Of a stretch of DNA of 49,554 nt, positions 1 through 9,975 are shown one piece after another (the first letter of the stretch is position 1; the number at the start of each line of letters is the position of its first letter). Below the pieces are notes generated by a model that did not search any database, had not been told where the DNA came from, and saw nothing but the letters and a program-made list of their open reading frames with translations. Origin of the DNA: an uncultured Bacilli bacterium (GTDB lineage: Bacteria > Bacillota_I > Bacilli_A > RF39 > UBA660); contig CANRPE010000004.1 of the NCBI GenBank assembly GCA_947632405.1, forward strand, positions 1-49,554. The letters run 5' to 3'. The position numbers were made by a program, and so were the translations under genes.

Positions 1-65
1 AATATAAAATAAATTTTGTTCAAGTTTCATGACTATGTGTGCCTTGAACGAAGTGAAAGGAATGT

Positions 66-584
66 GTGGTTAGTATGAAAAAAGAAAAAAATCCTATATT
101 AGTCATTTTTTGTATTATTATTTTGTTACTATTTATTATATTGCCACCAACTTTTAGAAGTTTAATTCCAAATGAGGAAGAAAAAACACCAGCTGCAGCA
201 CCACAGCCTAAATTACTTATTGTAAGTTGCAATCGTATATATCAAGATGAATTATATCAAGTAAGTAGTAGAGCTAAATATATTGATGGTGTAATTTCTA
301 CAAATATCTTAACTTATCAAAAATTAGATGCATTACCTGAAAATTTTACTCCTAGTGAGATATCTCCAACGGTTCCTGCTCAAGACGATTTAAATTATTT
401 TAAAGGTATTCCTAATATACAAGTTAATGAACAAAATAATATTACGACAATCACTCTTGATTCTAGTTTATTAGATACTAATACTAGTGATGATAAAATT
501 AATAATTATATTCAAGATGATTATACACTTCAAAAAGAATTTTATGAAAATCAAGGTTATAAATGTAATATCTTAGAAAGTTAA
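66..584 (+). CDS. hypothetical membrane-anchored protein
   Basis: 172-aa ORF with one N-terminal hydrophobic helix (ILVIFCIIILLLFIILPP) and a polar C-terminal part. No family motif recognised. Start is ambiguous (GTG 66 or ATG 75). Confidence 0.5.
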   Translation: MVSMKKEKNPILVIFCIIILLLFIILPPTFRSLIPNEEEKTPAAAPQPKLLIVSCNRIYQDELYQVSSRAKYIDGVISTNILTYQKLDALPENFTPSEISPTVPAQDDLNYFKGIPNIQVNEQNNITTITLDSSLLDTNTSDDKINNYIQDDYTLQKEFYENQGYKCNILES

Positions 585-1348
585 ATACTTTCTTTTTTTA
601 TTATTTTTTTCATAATATTGATAATTAAAGCTAAAGTAATTGTATATTCAAATAAATAGATAAAAGAAAATAATTTATCTAAATGATTTATAAAATTAAA
701 AAAAGTAATTGTTTTTAAAATAGAAATTCCTGGATAAGAATAGGTAAGAGGTAATTTATTTCCTAGACATCCAATTAATAAAATAATATCAAAAAAAGAT
801 GAACTAACTCCTAATAGATAGCCAATAGTGATATTATTTTTTCTAAGATAAAAGAAAATAAATATAATTAAATATGGTAATATACTAGTTGTTATTTTAT
901 TTATATTAGTAAAATCTTTATAATTATCTACTTGTATTAATGATAATAATCCTATAGAAATTAAAATTGCTATAAATATAAAAATAAATAAAAATATTTC
1001 ACTAATTGAAGAAATTGTTTTAATTTTATCTTTTCCTATAATATAAGAAATTATAATGAGTGATAAGGCTACTGAAAAATAATTTTCATATCTAAAATAA
1101 TTAATATTAATAAAATTAACAGCATTAGTTAAAATAATAACAAATATAAATAATAGAGAAAGAAAATAAAGCCATTTTCCTAAACTATTATTAATTGTAA
1201 ATTTTATTTTTTTTAAAATTAAAAGTAATAATAGAATAATACTAGCAGTAATTAAAAAAGAAAATAGATTAGTGAATGTATATAGATTAAAAAAACAACG
1301 TGTTAAAAAAAAGACTAAAGCTATCATAGATAGATCTTTTTTAGGCAT
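581..1348 (-). CDS. spore germination protein, GerAB/GerKB-like permease subunit (short form)
   Basis: Polytopic 255-aa membrane ORF, last gene of a gerA-type operon. It overlaps the upstream gene by 8 nt. The C-terminal pattern YPGISILKTITFFNFINHLDKLFSF resembles the conserved GerxB tail. Confidence 0.55.
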   Translation of the reverse strand: MPKKDLSMIALVFFLTRCFFNLYTFTNLFSFLITASIILLLLLILKKIKFTINNSLGKWLYFLSLLFIFVIILTNAVNFININYFRYENYFSVALSLIIISYIIGKDKIKTISSISEIFLFIFIFIAILISIGLLSLIQVDNYKDFTNINKITTSILPYLIIFIFFYLRKNNITIGYLLGVSSSFFDIILLIGCLGNKLPLTYSYPGISILKTITFFNFINHLDKLFSFIYLFEYTITLALIINIMKKIIKKESI

Positions 1349-1910
1349 TTTTAAATTCTCCTACTTCTTTATATTTATAAAATATTAGTCTTTTATTTTT
1401 GAAAGTTACAATTGGTATTTTAATCTTTTTCTTTTCTAATTTAGCTTTTTTTATACTTCGTAAGGTAGTATTATCTTTTATTAAATGATTAACATATTTA
1501 TAATCGGAACTATATTTTAATACTTCAATTGGATTAGGTTTACTAAAGATTATATTAAAATTATCTAGATCACTTTTTAGTACTTTTTCTAAGTCATAAA
1601 TAATTTTTAAGTTATCATCTTTGATAATGATATTTTCTAAATGTTCTAAATATATATCTTTTGTTATATCCTCAGATAAAGAATTAAAGGCTTGTTTTAA
1701 ACTTGAACTAGTATTTTTATAATAATTATATGTTTTTGTTATTTTATTTTCTTCTTTCTTAGGAATAATTTCTTGAAAAGTAATTGTATAAAGATTATTA
1801 TTCTTTTCGATTGCGATATTTGTAATAATTGCCAAATTACTTAATTCTTGATAATTATTATTACCAAGAATTAGAAGTAAAAATATTGTTATATATATAA
1901 TTTTTTTCAT
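1341..1910 (-). CDS. spore germination protein, GerAC-like subunit (truncated, no lipobox Cys)
   Basis: 189-aa ORF between the A and B subunits with ATGA overlap to the A subunit. It has a signal-like N-terminus followed by ELSNLAIITNIAIEK, as in the GerxC N-domain. The protein contains no cysteine at all. Confidence 0.5.
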   Translation of the reverse strand: MKKIIYITIFLLLILGNNNYQELSNLAIITNIAIEKNNNLYTITFQEIIPKKEENKITKTYNYYKNTSSSLKQAFNSLSEDITKDIYLEHLENIIIKDDNLKIIYDLEKVLKSDLDNFNIIFSKPNPIEVLKYSSDYKYVNHLIKDNTTLRSIKKAKLEKKKIKIPIVTFKNKRLIFYKYKEVGEFKNA

Positions 1911-3310
1911 TTATATTCACCTCTTTTTTCATTTTTTGTAAGTAAGGGGTTTCTGTATTTTATTCCTTTATTTTTTGTTTTTATAATAGCATCTTTTTGT
2001 TCATTTTTAATAAATGGAGAAAATGGAGCTAGATAAGGTTTATCAAAGGAAGTTAAGGTAATTAATTTATAGAGTAAATAAACTGCTCCTAAGTATATTC
2101 CATATATTCCTAAAATTGATGCTAATATTAAAAAGGAAATTCGATAAATTCTAATAGCATTAACTAATTCAATTGATGTAAAAACAAATCCTGCGATAGA
2201 AGATAAAGCAATTACAATAATCATAATAGGAGACATGATTCCAGCACTTACAGCTGCATCTCCTAAAATTAATCCACCTAAAATAGAAATAGCACTTCCT
2301 GTTGTTGATGACATACGTAAATCACTTTCTCTTAACACTTCAAAAGATAAAATCATAAATAATGCTTCAATAGTAGCTGGAAATGGAACTGATGCTCTTT
2401 GAGCTTTTAATAAGAGGAGTAAAGATAGAAAAATTGAATCTTGATTGTATGTTGTAACAGCAATATAGTATCCTGGTATAAATATTGCAATAAAAAAAGC
2501 TAATATACGAATAATTCTAATAAAAGAAGTATTAAATGATTTTTGATAATAATCATCAACAGTATGAAAAAAATCTATAAAAAAATTAGGGAGAATTAAT
2601 GCATATGAACTCATATCAACAAGAATAACTACCTTTCCTTCTAATAATGCCATAGCTACTTTATCAGATCTTTCTGTTAAAGAAATAGTTGGAAATAAAT
2701 TATCAGTTTCCAAAGTATCTTTTAAATAAGCTGAATCAATAATACCATCAATATTAATTGTATCTAATTTTTTTTTAACTTTTTTAATTAAATCTTTATC
2801 AATTATATCATTCATATATAATAATCCTATTTTAGTACTAGTACTAGTTCCTAAAGTAATTTCATCCCACCATAAATTACTAGATTTAATTCTTCTTCGA
2901 ATAAGTCCTAAATTAGTATTAAAATTTTCAGAAAAAGCATCTTTTGGACCAGTTAAAGAAAGTTCACTTTCAATAGTTGTAATACCTCTTTCTAATGTCT
3001 TTCTAACTTCTATCGCATAGATTTTATTACTAATAATAATTATTAAAAATCCTTTATTTAAATAAGAAATTGCTTCTTGAAAAGTTATTTCTACTATATT
3101 TGCTCCTGGTAAATAATTAGTTATATTATTTAATTCTTTTTTAGTAAGTAATGTTAATTTTTTTAAAATAAAATCACTAATTTCGGAACTACTTGCTAAA
3201 ACTTCATTAAAAATTAAAGCAAGTTTAGTTTTAGAAATTGTAAGAATTTTGTAGATATAGTCATTACTATTACCAGTAATTTCTTTTAATTTATCTATAT
3301 ATTGCTTCAT
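1907..3310 (-). CDS. spore germination protein, GerAA/GerKA family
   Basis: 467 aa with the GerA-family signature LTGPKDAFSENFNTNLGLIRRRIKS and C-terminal TM helices. SD GGTGA lies upstream. Confidence 0.9.
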   Translation of the reverse strand: MKQYIDKLKEITGNSNDYIYKILTISKTKLALIFNEVLASSSEISDFILKKLTLLTKKELNNITNYLPGANIVEITFQEAISYLNKGFLIIIISNKIYAIEVRKTLERGITTIESELSLTGPKDAFSENFNTNLGLIRRRIKSSNLWWDEITLGTSTSTKIGLLYMNDIIDKDLIKKVKKKLDTINIDGIIDSAYLKDTLETDNLFPTISLTERSDKVAMALLEGKVVILVDMSSYALILPNFFIDFFHTVDDYYQKSFNTSFIRIIRILAFFIAIFIPGYYIAVTTYNQDSIFLSLLLLLKAQRASVPFPATIEALFMILSFEVLRESDLRMSSTTGSAISILGGLILGDAAVSAGIMSPIMIIVIALSSIAGFVFTSIELVNAIRIYRISFLILASILGIYGIYLGAVYLLYKLITLTSFDKPYLAPFSPFIKNEQKDAIIKTKNKGIKYRNPLLTKNEKRGEYK

Positions 3311-3360
3311 ATTTTCACCTATTTCTAGTATGATAAAAATTCTAAAAAGTATGCTATAAT

Positions 3361-4584
3361 ATGAATAAAGGAATGAGATTAATGAAAGTAGAAAAATTAG
3401 ATCATTATGGTAGAGGAATTGTTAAACAATCTGGAAAAATTGGGTTTATTGAAAATGCATTAGAGTTTGAAGATATTGATATTGAAATATTTAAAGATTA
3501 CAATAAATATTTTGAAGGGAAAAGTAAAAAAATTAAAAATAAAAATATAAATAGAATCAAACCTAAATGTCAATATTATGATATATGTGGTGGTTGTCAT
3601 TTATTACATATGAATGATTTTTATCAAACAAAATTTAAAGAAGAAAAAATAAAAAATATAGTATTAAGATATTTAAATAGTAATATAAAAATAAATGAAT
3701 TAATAAAAGATAATAATTTCTATTATCGTAATAAAATTGTTTTACATATTAAAAATAATAAAATTGGATTTTATCAAAATAAAACAAAAAATTTAGTAAC
3801 AATTAATTCTTGTCTGATTGCTAATAAAAAAATAAATGAATTAATAACATTTTTAGCTAAAATAGAAGATTTTGAAGAAATAGAGAAAATTACAATAAAA
3901 GTTGGTAATTTAACTAATGAAGTTATGTTAATTTTAGAAGGAAAGTTAAAAAATTATTTAAAATATATGGAATTTTGTGATGTTTTAGTAATAAATAATA
4001 AAGTTATGACAGATAAAAAATATATTTCATCTTATATTGGTAATAAAAAATATTTTATAAGTAAAGATTCTTTTTTTCAAATTAATTATGTTGTAGCAAC
4101 TAAAATGTATAATCAAATAAGATATTATATTAGTAAACTTAAAAGTAAAAATGTTTTAGATTTATATTGTGGAACTGGAACAATAGGGATATATATTGCT
4201 GATTTAGTTAATAAAGTTTTAGGAATTGAAATAGTAGAAGATGCTGTTAAAGATGCAAAATTAAATAAAGAGCATAATAATATCAATAATATTTCATTTT
4301 TATTAGGTAAAGTAGAAGATAAAATAGAGTGTATTAAACATGATTATGATACAATTATTGTTGATCCTCCTAGAAGTGGTCTTAATAAAAAAATAATTCC
4401 TATATTAAGAAAAATAAAACCAAAAAATATAATTTATGTTTCATGTGATCCGATAACTCTTATGCGAGATTTAAATTTTTTAATACCAGATTATAATATA
4501 GAAGAATTAACTCCATATGATATGTTTCCAAATACTTATCATCTTGAATGTTTATGTCTATTAACAAGAAAAACTAAATATTAA
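3361..4584 (+). CDS. 23S rRNA (uracil-5)-methyltransferase, RumA/RlmD(RlmCD) family
   Basis: Has a TRAM-like N-terminus, the Fe-S Cys cluster CQYYDICGGC, the SAM motif LDLYCGTGTIG, and DPPRSG and YVSCDP motifs. The true start is probably ATG 3382 (MKVEKL), because ATG 3361 abuts a TATAAT box. Confidence 0.85.
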   Translation: MNKGMRLMKVEKLDHYGRGIVKQSGKIGFIENALEFEDIDIEIFKDYNKYFEGKSKKIKNKNINRIKPKCQYYDICGGCHLLHMNDFYQTKFKEEKIKNIVLRYLNSNIKINELIKDNNFYYRNKIVLHIKNNKIGFYQNKTKNLVTINSCLIANKKINELITFLAKIEDFEEIEKITIKVGNLTNEVMLILEGKLKNYLKYMEFCDVLVINNKVMTDKKYISSYIGNKKYFISKDSFFQINYVVATKMYNQIRYYISKLKSKNVLDLYCGTGTIGIYIADLVNKVLGIEIVEDAVKDAKLNKEHNNINNISFLLGKVEDKIECIKHDYDTIIVDPPRSGLNKKIIPILRKIKPKNIIYVSCDPITLMRDLNFLIPDYNIEELTPYDMFPNTYHLECLCLLTRKTKY

Positions 4585-4730
4585 GTATAATCTATAAATA
4601 ATATTTTTCAGCTAAAATATTGAAATATAATTTAAATTAAGATATGATATATAGAAATTAATTTATTTAAGTAATTGTAATTTTTTTATTAGTTATTTCA
4701 TTTATTATAAGTAATAGAAAGGAATTAAAA

Positions 4731-5597
4731 ATGATTAAAATATATACTGATAGTTGTAGTGATATCCCAATTACAAATTTGCCAAAAGATTTAGAAATAC
4801 TTCCACTTCATTATTATTTTGAAGGTGAAAATATTGAATATGGTGAAAAATATCAATTAAATATGCGAGATTTTTTTGAAAAAATAGAGCAGGGTAAAAT
4901 TCCACATACTTCTTCTGTTAATCCTGAATTTGCTATTAATAGATTTTTAGATGATATTTTAAGTGGAAATGATATTATTTGTATTTGTGCATCATCTAGT
5001 TTAAGTAGTACATATCAAAATGTATCATTAGCGGCTAAGCAATTAAAACAAGAATATCCATCAAGTAATATTACTGTTATTGATTCTTTGACTGGTTCTT
5101 TAGCAGAAGGATTATTAGTACTAAAAGCAAATTCATTGAAACAAGAGAAAAAAAGTTATCAAGAAATTATTGATTATATTGAAAATTATAAAAAGTATTA
5201 TCAAATAAATTTTTTTGTTAATGATTTAACTTATTTACAACGAGGAGGTAGAATTTCTAAAACAGCATGTGCTATTGGAACAACTTTAGGTATTAGACCA
5301 TTAATTCATGTAAATTATGAAGGTCAAGCAGAACAAGTTCTAAATAGTAGAGGAGTAAAAAAATGTGATCATATACTAATTCAAAAATTAATTGATGAAG
5401 TAGATTTAAATGAAAGTATAGGTATAGTTCATTCTGATGATTTAGTTTCTGCACAAAGATTACTTTCACAAATTGAAAAATTAGATTTGTCTTGTCCAAT
5501 AGTTTTAGGAGAAATCTCTCCTACAATTGCTACTCATATTGGTCCAAATGCCTATGGTCTTACATATAAAGTAAAATCTATAAAAAAGAATTTATAA
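4731..5597 (+). CDS. DegV family fatty-acid-binding protein
   Basis: N-terminus IKIYTDSCSDIP and overall DegV pattern; 288 aa. Confidence 0.9.
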   Translation: MIKIYTDSCSDIPITNLPKDLEILPLHYYFEGENIEYGEKYQLNMRDFFEKIEQGKIPHTSSVNPEFAINRFLDDILSGNDIICICASSSLSSTYQNVSLAAKQLKQEYPSSNITVIDSLTGSLAEGLLVLKANSLKQEKKSYQEIIDYIENYKKYYQINFFVNDLTYLQRGGRISKTACAIGTTLGIRPLIHVNYEGQAEQVLNSRGVKKCDHILIQKLIDEVDLNESIGIVHSDDLVSAQRLLSQIEKLDLSCPIVLGEISPTIATHIGPNAYGLTYKVKSIKKNL

Positions 5598-5609
5598 ATT
5601 CTTTTTTTT
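5582..5609 (+). terminator. AT-rich hairpin plus T-tract after degV-family gene
   Basis: aaaaaagaattt / aaattctttttt palindrome overlapping the stop codon. Confidence 0.4.
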
Positions 5610-5640
5610 ATGGTATATTATGTATAATAGGAGGAAGATT

Positions 5641-6510
5641 ATGGGAAATATTAAGGGTAAAAAATATCAAAATTTATATACATTTATGCTATTAACAATT
5701 GGTTGTATTATTGGGGCTTATGCTCTTGAGACTTTGCTAATACCAAATACTATTTTAGATGGTGGTATTACAGGAATATCAATAATTATTTCAAAAGTAT
5801 CTAGTATTCCTCTTAGTATATTAGTATTAGTCTTGAACATTCCATTTATTTATGTTGGATATAAAAATATGGGAAAAGGATTTTTAATTAGAGCAGTTTA
5901 TTCAATGATATTATTTTCTTTATCTTTGACTTACTTTGGTTACTTTGAACAAATAACTAATACTATTTTATTAGCAACTATATATGGAGGAGCTTTATTA
6001 GGATTAGGGGTTGGTCTTGTTATTCATGCTGGTGGTTGTGTTGATGGAACTGAATCAGTTGCCTTAGTTATTAGTAAAAAAAGTTCTTTATCAGTTGGTC
6101 AAGTAGTTTTAACTTTTAATTTAGTTATCTTTTTTGTAGCAGGATTTATTTTTGGAATTGATCGAGCTTTGTATTCATTACTTACTTATTTTATTACATA
6201 TAAGGTAATAGATTTTGTTTCAGAAGGATTCCAACAAGCTAAAGCAGCGATGATTATAACTGAAAAAGGAACAGATATGGCTACAGAAATATATAAAAAA
6301 TTAGGACGAACAGTAACTAAGATTAAAGGTAAAGGTTTAATTACGGGTGAAAAGGAAGTATTATACTGTGTCTTAACTAGAATAGAAGTATATGAATTAA
6401 AACGAGTTTGTCAAGAAATGGATCAAAGTAGTTTTATTACTATTTTAGAAGTATCTGAAATAATCGGAGATCATATTAAATCAAATCGAAGAAAAAAATT
6501 AGTAAAATAA
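5641..6510 (+). CDS. YitT family membrane protein (DUF2179 C-terminal domain)
   Basis: Motif LDGGITGISII, multiple TM helices, and a soluble C-terminal domain. Start chosen at the ATG preceded by AGGAGG (track start is 5620). Confidence 0.85.
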   Translation: MGNIKGKKYQNLYTFMLLTIGCIIGAYALETLLIPNTILDGGITGISIIISKVSSIPLSILVLVLNIPFIYVGYKNMGKGFLIRAVYSMILFSLSLTYFGYFEQITNTILLATIYGGALLGLGVGLVIHAGGCVDGTESVALVISKKSSLSVGQVVLTFNLVIFFVAGFIFGIDRALYSLLTYFITYKVIDFVSEGFQQAKAAMIITEKGTDMATEIYKKLGRTVTKIKGKGLITGEKEVLYCVLTRIEVYELKRVCQEMDQSSFITILEVSEIIGDHIKSNRRKKLVK

Positions 6511-6533
6511 AAAAACAAATAATTTGTTTTTTT
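6511..6533. terminator. bidirectional hairpin between convergent yitT-family and hydrolase genes
   Basis: aaaaacaaa-taa-tttgttttt. Confidence 0.4.
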
Positions 6534-7293
6534 ATTCTTTGATAAAGCTTTCAATAATTTGATTAGTTAAAGTTGGATATGCTAGATATGAATAATGAGT
6601 TACTTTTGGATAGATAATCAAGTTACTATTTTTAATTTTTTTATTAATATAATATCCATCCTTTAATGGTGTATCTTTATCTTTTTCACCCCATAATAAT
6701 AGTGTTGGAACATTTATTTCTTTATAATAATATTTTAAATCTTCAGAAATTATATTTTTAAATGTTTGATACATATTTTGATCTAAAGCTTTATAATCAG
6801 TAGATGCGAATTTTCTGAATAATCTTTTTAAATATATATTTCTTTTTCTTTTGGGAACAAAAATTTTTAATTTTTTTAGAAATTTATAAATAGTTTGTTT
6901 AAGTAATTGCATAATTTTTTTTCGTCTTTTAATTCCAGCAACATCAATCATTATAATTTTTTTAATTAAATCTTTATAATATCCAGCAAGTAAGGTTGCT
7001 ATTCTACCTCCAAAAGAATGGCAAATAATAATTGGATTTTTAATTTGTTCTTGTGCCATAAAATCTCTTACTATATTAGTATAATCATAAATAGTTAAAT
7101 CTTTTTCTGGAAATATACTTTTTCCAAATCCAGGATAATCTAAAATATAAACAGTATATTTTAATTTAAAATAATCAATCATCATATTAAAGGTTTTTCT
7201 AGTATCTCCCCAACCAGGTAAAATTAAAATTATTGAATCACTATTTCCATATTTCTCATAATATAAGGCATAGTTGTCTTTATTAAAATACAT
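6532..7293 (-). CDS. alpha/beta hydrolase
   Basis: Nucleophile elbow HSFGG, LPGWGD oxyanion region, C-terminal His. 253 aa. Confidence 0.8.
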   Translation of the reverse strand: MYFNKDNYALYYEKYGNSDSIILILPGWGDTRKTFNMMIDYFKLKYTVYILDYPGFGKSIFPEKDLTIYDYTNIVRDFMAQEQIKNPIIICHSFGGRIATLLAGYYKDLIKKIIMIDVAGIKRRKKIMQLLKQTIYKFLKKLKIFVPKRKRNIYLKRLFRKFASTDYKALDQNMYQTFKNIISEDLKYYYKEINVPTLLLWGEKDKDTPLKDGYYINKKIKNSNLIIYPKVTHYSYLAYPTLTNQIIESFIKE

Positions 7294-7413
7294 ACAATCA
7301 CCTATAATAATTTATGAGATAAAAAAATAAGGGTTCTTCTTTTCAGATAGACTCTTTTTTAGTATAATATAGATATATAATTTTTATTTAATATCGACTT
7401 TTAGGAGAAGTAT

Positions 7414-8052
7414 ATGAAATTTCAATATAATGATAGAGATTATTTAATAGTAATAGAAAAAAAGAAAACTAATAAAAATACATATATTAGAGTAAAAAGT
7501 GATTTTACGATACTAATTACAACTAATATTTTGACAAGTGATCGTGAAATTATTAAATTAATTGAACAAAATCAAGATTCTATTATTAGAATGATTAAAA
7601 ATCAAGAGAAGAAAAAGGAAAGTAATGATGGTTTTTTCTATTTAGGAAAAAAGTATGATCCTATATATGTAGAGTATTGTGATATTTCATTTGGTGATAA
7701 AAAAGTATTTATTAATAAAAATTTAGATATAGATAAATGGTATAAAAAACAAGCTAAAATAATTTTTAAAGAGCATTTTTTAGAAAATTATCAAAAATTT
7801 AGTGAAAAGATTCCTTTTCCAAGTTTGAAGATAAGAAAAATGTCATCACGTTGGGGAGTATGCAATACAAAATTAATTACAGTTACTTTAAATTTAGAAT
7901 TAATTAAACGTGATCCTAAATATTTAGATTATGTTATTATGCATGAATTATCACATTTAATTGAAGCTAACCATTCATCTAGATTTTGGAGTATTGTTGA
8001 AAAAAATTGTCCTAATTATAAGCAATTACGTAATGATATGAAATACTTTTAG
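7414..8052 (+). CDS. YgjP-like metallopeptidase (DUF45 / M48 superfamily)
   Basis: SRWGVCN motif followed by the zinc motif HELSHL. Confidence 0.85.
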   Translation: MKFQYNDRDYLIVIEKKKTNKNTYIRVKSDFTILITTNILTSDREIIKLIEQNQDSIIRMIKNQEKKKESNDGFFYLGKKYDPIYVEYCDISFGDKKVFINKNLDIDKWYKKQAKIIFKEHFLENYQKFSEKIPFPSLKIRKMSSRWGVCNTKLITVTLNLELIKRDPKYLDYVIMHELSHLIEANHSSRFWSIVEKNCPNYKQLRNDMKYF

Positions 8053-8062
8053 GAGGTAGCAA

Positions 8063-8797
8063 ATGATAATTACTAGTCTAACCAATCAAGAAATAAAATT
8101 TTTAACTAAATTAAAACAAAAAAAATTTAGAGATCAAGAAAAATTATTTTTAGTAGAAGGAGAACATTTAATCGAAGAAGCGTTAAAGAAAAAGCTAATT
8201 ATAAAAATAATTGTAACTGAGCAAAATAAAAGTATTTATCCTAATATTGATTCAAAGTTGATTGTAACTAAAGAGATTATGAAAAAGCTTTCTTCATTAG
8301 AAACTCCTCCTAATATTATAGGTTTATGTAAAATGCAAGAAGAACAAGAAGTAGGCAATAAAATATTAATATTAGATAATATTCAAGATCCAGGTAATTT
8401 AGGAACAATTATTAGAAGTGCTGTTGCATTTAAAATTGATACAATTATTTTATCACCAAATACAGTTGATATATATAATTCTAAAGTAATTCGAAGTAGT
8501 CAAGGAATGTTATTTCATATTTCAATTATTAGAAAGGATTTAACCTTAGAACTAGAAAAAATAAAGCAAAGAAATATAGCTATTTATACAACTGATGTAA
8601 AAAATGGAATAGATATTAAAGAAATTAATCAAAATATGAAATATGCATTGATTGTAGGAAATGAAGGACAAGGAGTTAGTCCTGCTATTGCAAAATATGC
8701 TGATAAAAAAATATATATTAAAACAAATCCAGTAGTTGAAAGTTTAAATGTTGGTGTTGCTACTAGTATCTTGTTATATGAATTAGCAGATTTTTAA
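8063..8797 (+). CDS. TrmH/SpoU family RNA 2'-O-methyltransferase
   Basis: SpoU motifs NIQDPGNLGTIIRSA, GNEGQGV and ESLNVGVATSILLYE. Confidence 0.85.
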   Translation: MIITSLTNQEIKFLTKLKQKKFRDQEKLFLVEGEHLIEEALKKKLIIKIIVTEQNKSIYPNIDSKLIVTKEIMKKLSSLETPPNIIGLCKMQEEQEVGNKILILDNIQDPGNLGTIIRSAVAFKIDTIILSPNTVDIYNSKVIRSSQGMLFHISIIRKDLTLELEKIKQRNIAIYTTDVKNGIDIKEINQNMKYALIVGNEGQGVSPAIAKYADKKIYIKTNPVVESLNVGVATSILLYELADF

Positions 8798-8812
8798 AAG
8801 AGGTGTATATAA

Positions 8813-9298
8813 ATGGATAAAGTATATGTAGGAAAAATAGTCAACACTCATGGTATTAAAGGAGAAATCAGAATTATTAGTGATTTTGAATTTAAAGATA
8901 AAGTATTTTATATTAATGCTAATATTATTATTGATGATAAAAATTATAAGATTACTACTTATCGAAAACATAAACAATATGATATGATTACATTAGAGGG
9001 TTATTCTAATATTAATGATGTATTATTTTTAAAAAATAAAAAAATATTTGTTAGAAAAGATCAACTTAAACTTGACCAAAATCAAGTATTAGATGAAGAT
9101 TTAATTAACTTTAAAGTAATTGATCAAAATAATAATTATGGGATTATTACAGAAATTTTTTATGCTAGTAAAAGTAATAAAATTTTACGAGTAAAATTTA
9201 AAAAAGAAGTATTAATTCCTTTAGCTTCACCAATGATTAAAAAAATTGATCCTCAAAATAAACAAGTAGAGGTAGAATTAATTAAAGGAATGATATAA
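8813..9298 (+). CDS. rimM: 16S rRNA processing protein RimM
   Basis: N-terminus VGKIVNTHGIKGEIRI and position directly upstream of trmD. Confidence 0.9.
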   Translation: MDKVYVGKIVNTHGIKGEIRIISDFEFKDKVFYINANIIIDDKNYKITTYRKHKQYDMITLEGYSNINDVLFLKNKKIFVRKDQLKLDQNQVLDEDLINFKVIDQNNNYGIITEIFYASKSNKILRVKFKKEVLIPLASPMIKKIDPQNKQVEVELIKGMI

Positions 9299-9967
9299 AT
9301 GAAAATAGATGTATTAACTTTATTTCCCAATATGTTTAATCACATTTTTAAAGAATCAATTATTGCCCGAGCAATTGAAAATAAATTGGTTGAAATTAAT
9401 ATTCATAATTTTAGAGATTATTCTAAAGATATACATCATAAAGTTGATGATACTCCATATGGTGGTGGATGTGGAATGGTTTTAATGGCTCAGCCAATTT
9501 TTGATTGCGTAGAGTCTATAAAAACAGCTGACTCTAAAATAATTTTATTAACTCCTTCAGGAATACCATATAAACAAAAACAAGCATATGATTTATCTAA
9601 AGAAAAACATTTAATTATAATTTGTGGTCATTATGAAGGTTTTGATGAAAGAATTAGAACTTTAGCAGATTTTGAAATAAGTATTGGTGATTATGTTTTA
9701 ACAGGAGGAGAAATTCCAGCTATGGTATTAATCGATTCAATTACTAGATTAATTCCAGGTGTAATTAATGAAGCTAGTCACTTAGAAGATTCATTTTCTA
9801 ATGAATCTTTACTAGATTATCCAAAATATACTAAACCAAGAGTATATAAAAACATGGAAGTTCCTGAAGTTTTATTATCTGGAGATCATAAAAAAATAGA
9901 AGAATATCGCTATAACGAAAGTGTTAAGAAAACAAAACAAATAAGACCTGATTTATTAGAAAAGTAG
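9299..9967 (+). CDS. trmD: tRNA (guanine37-N1)-methyltransferase TrmD
   Basis: MKIDVLTLFPNMF, DDTPYGGGCGMVL, GHYEGFDERI and LTGGEIPAMVLIDSITRLIPGV. Confidence 0.95.
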   Translation: MKIDVLTLFPNMFNHIFKESIIARAIENKLVEINIHNFRDYSKDIHHKVDDTPYGGGCGMVLMAQPIFDCVESIKTADSKIILLTPSGIPYKQKQAYDLSKEKHLIIICGHYEGFDERIRTLADFEISIGDYVLTGGEIPAMVLIDSITRLIPGVINEASHLEDSFSNESLLDYPKYTKPRVYKNMEVPEVLLSGDHKKIEEYRYNESVKKTKQIRPDLLEK

Positions 9968-9975
9968 GTGAATTT

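Noticed and set aside
20-232. Track ORFs that lie antisense to, or out of frame with, longer well-supported genes: 20-232(-), 5293-5499(-), 8783-8977(-), 15310-15603(-), 25417-25671(-), 26426-26653(-), 30040-30234(+), 30212-30421(-), 33765-33998(-), 33781-33972(+) and 49252-49497(+).
   Set aside because: Each is fully embedded in, or largely overlaps, a CDS with clear family motifs or better signals. They have low-complexity translations typical of AT-rich shadow frames and no SD sequences.
3361-3381. ATG 3361 as the start of the RumA-family gene.
   Set aside because: That ATG directly abuts a TATAAT box (3355-3360) and has no SD. ATG 3382 follows AAAGGA with suitable spacing. The longer coordinates are kept in the feature list only because the true start is unverified.
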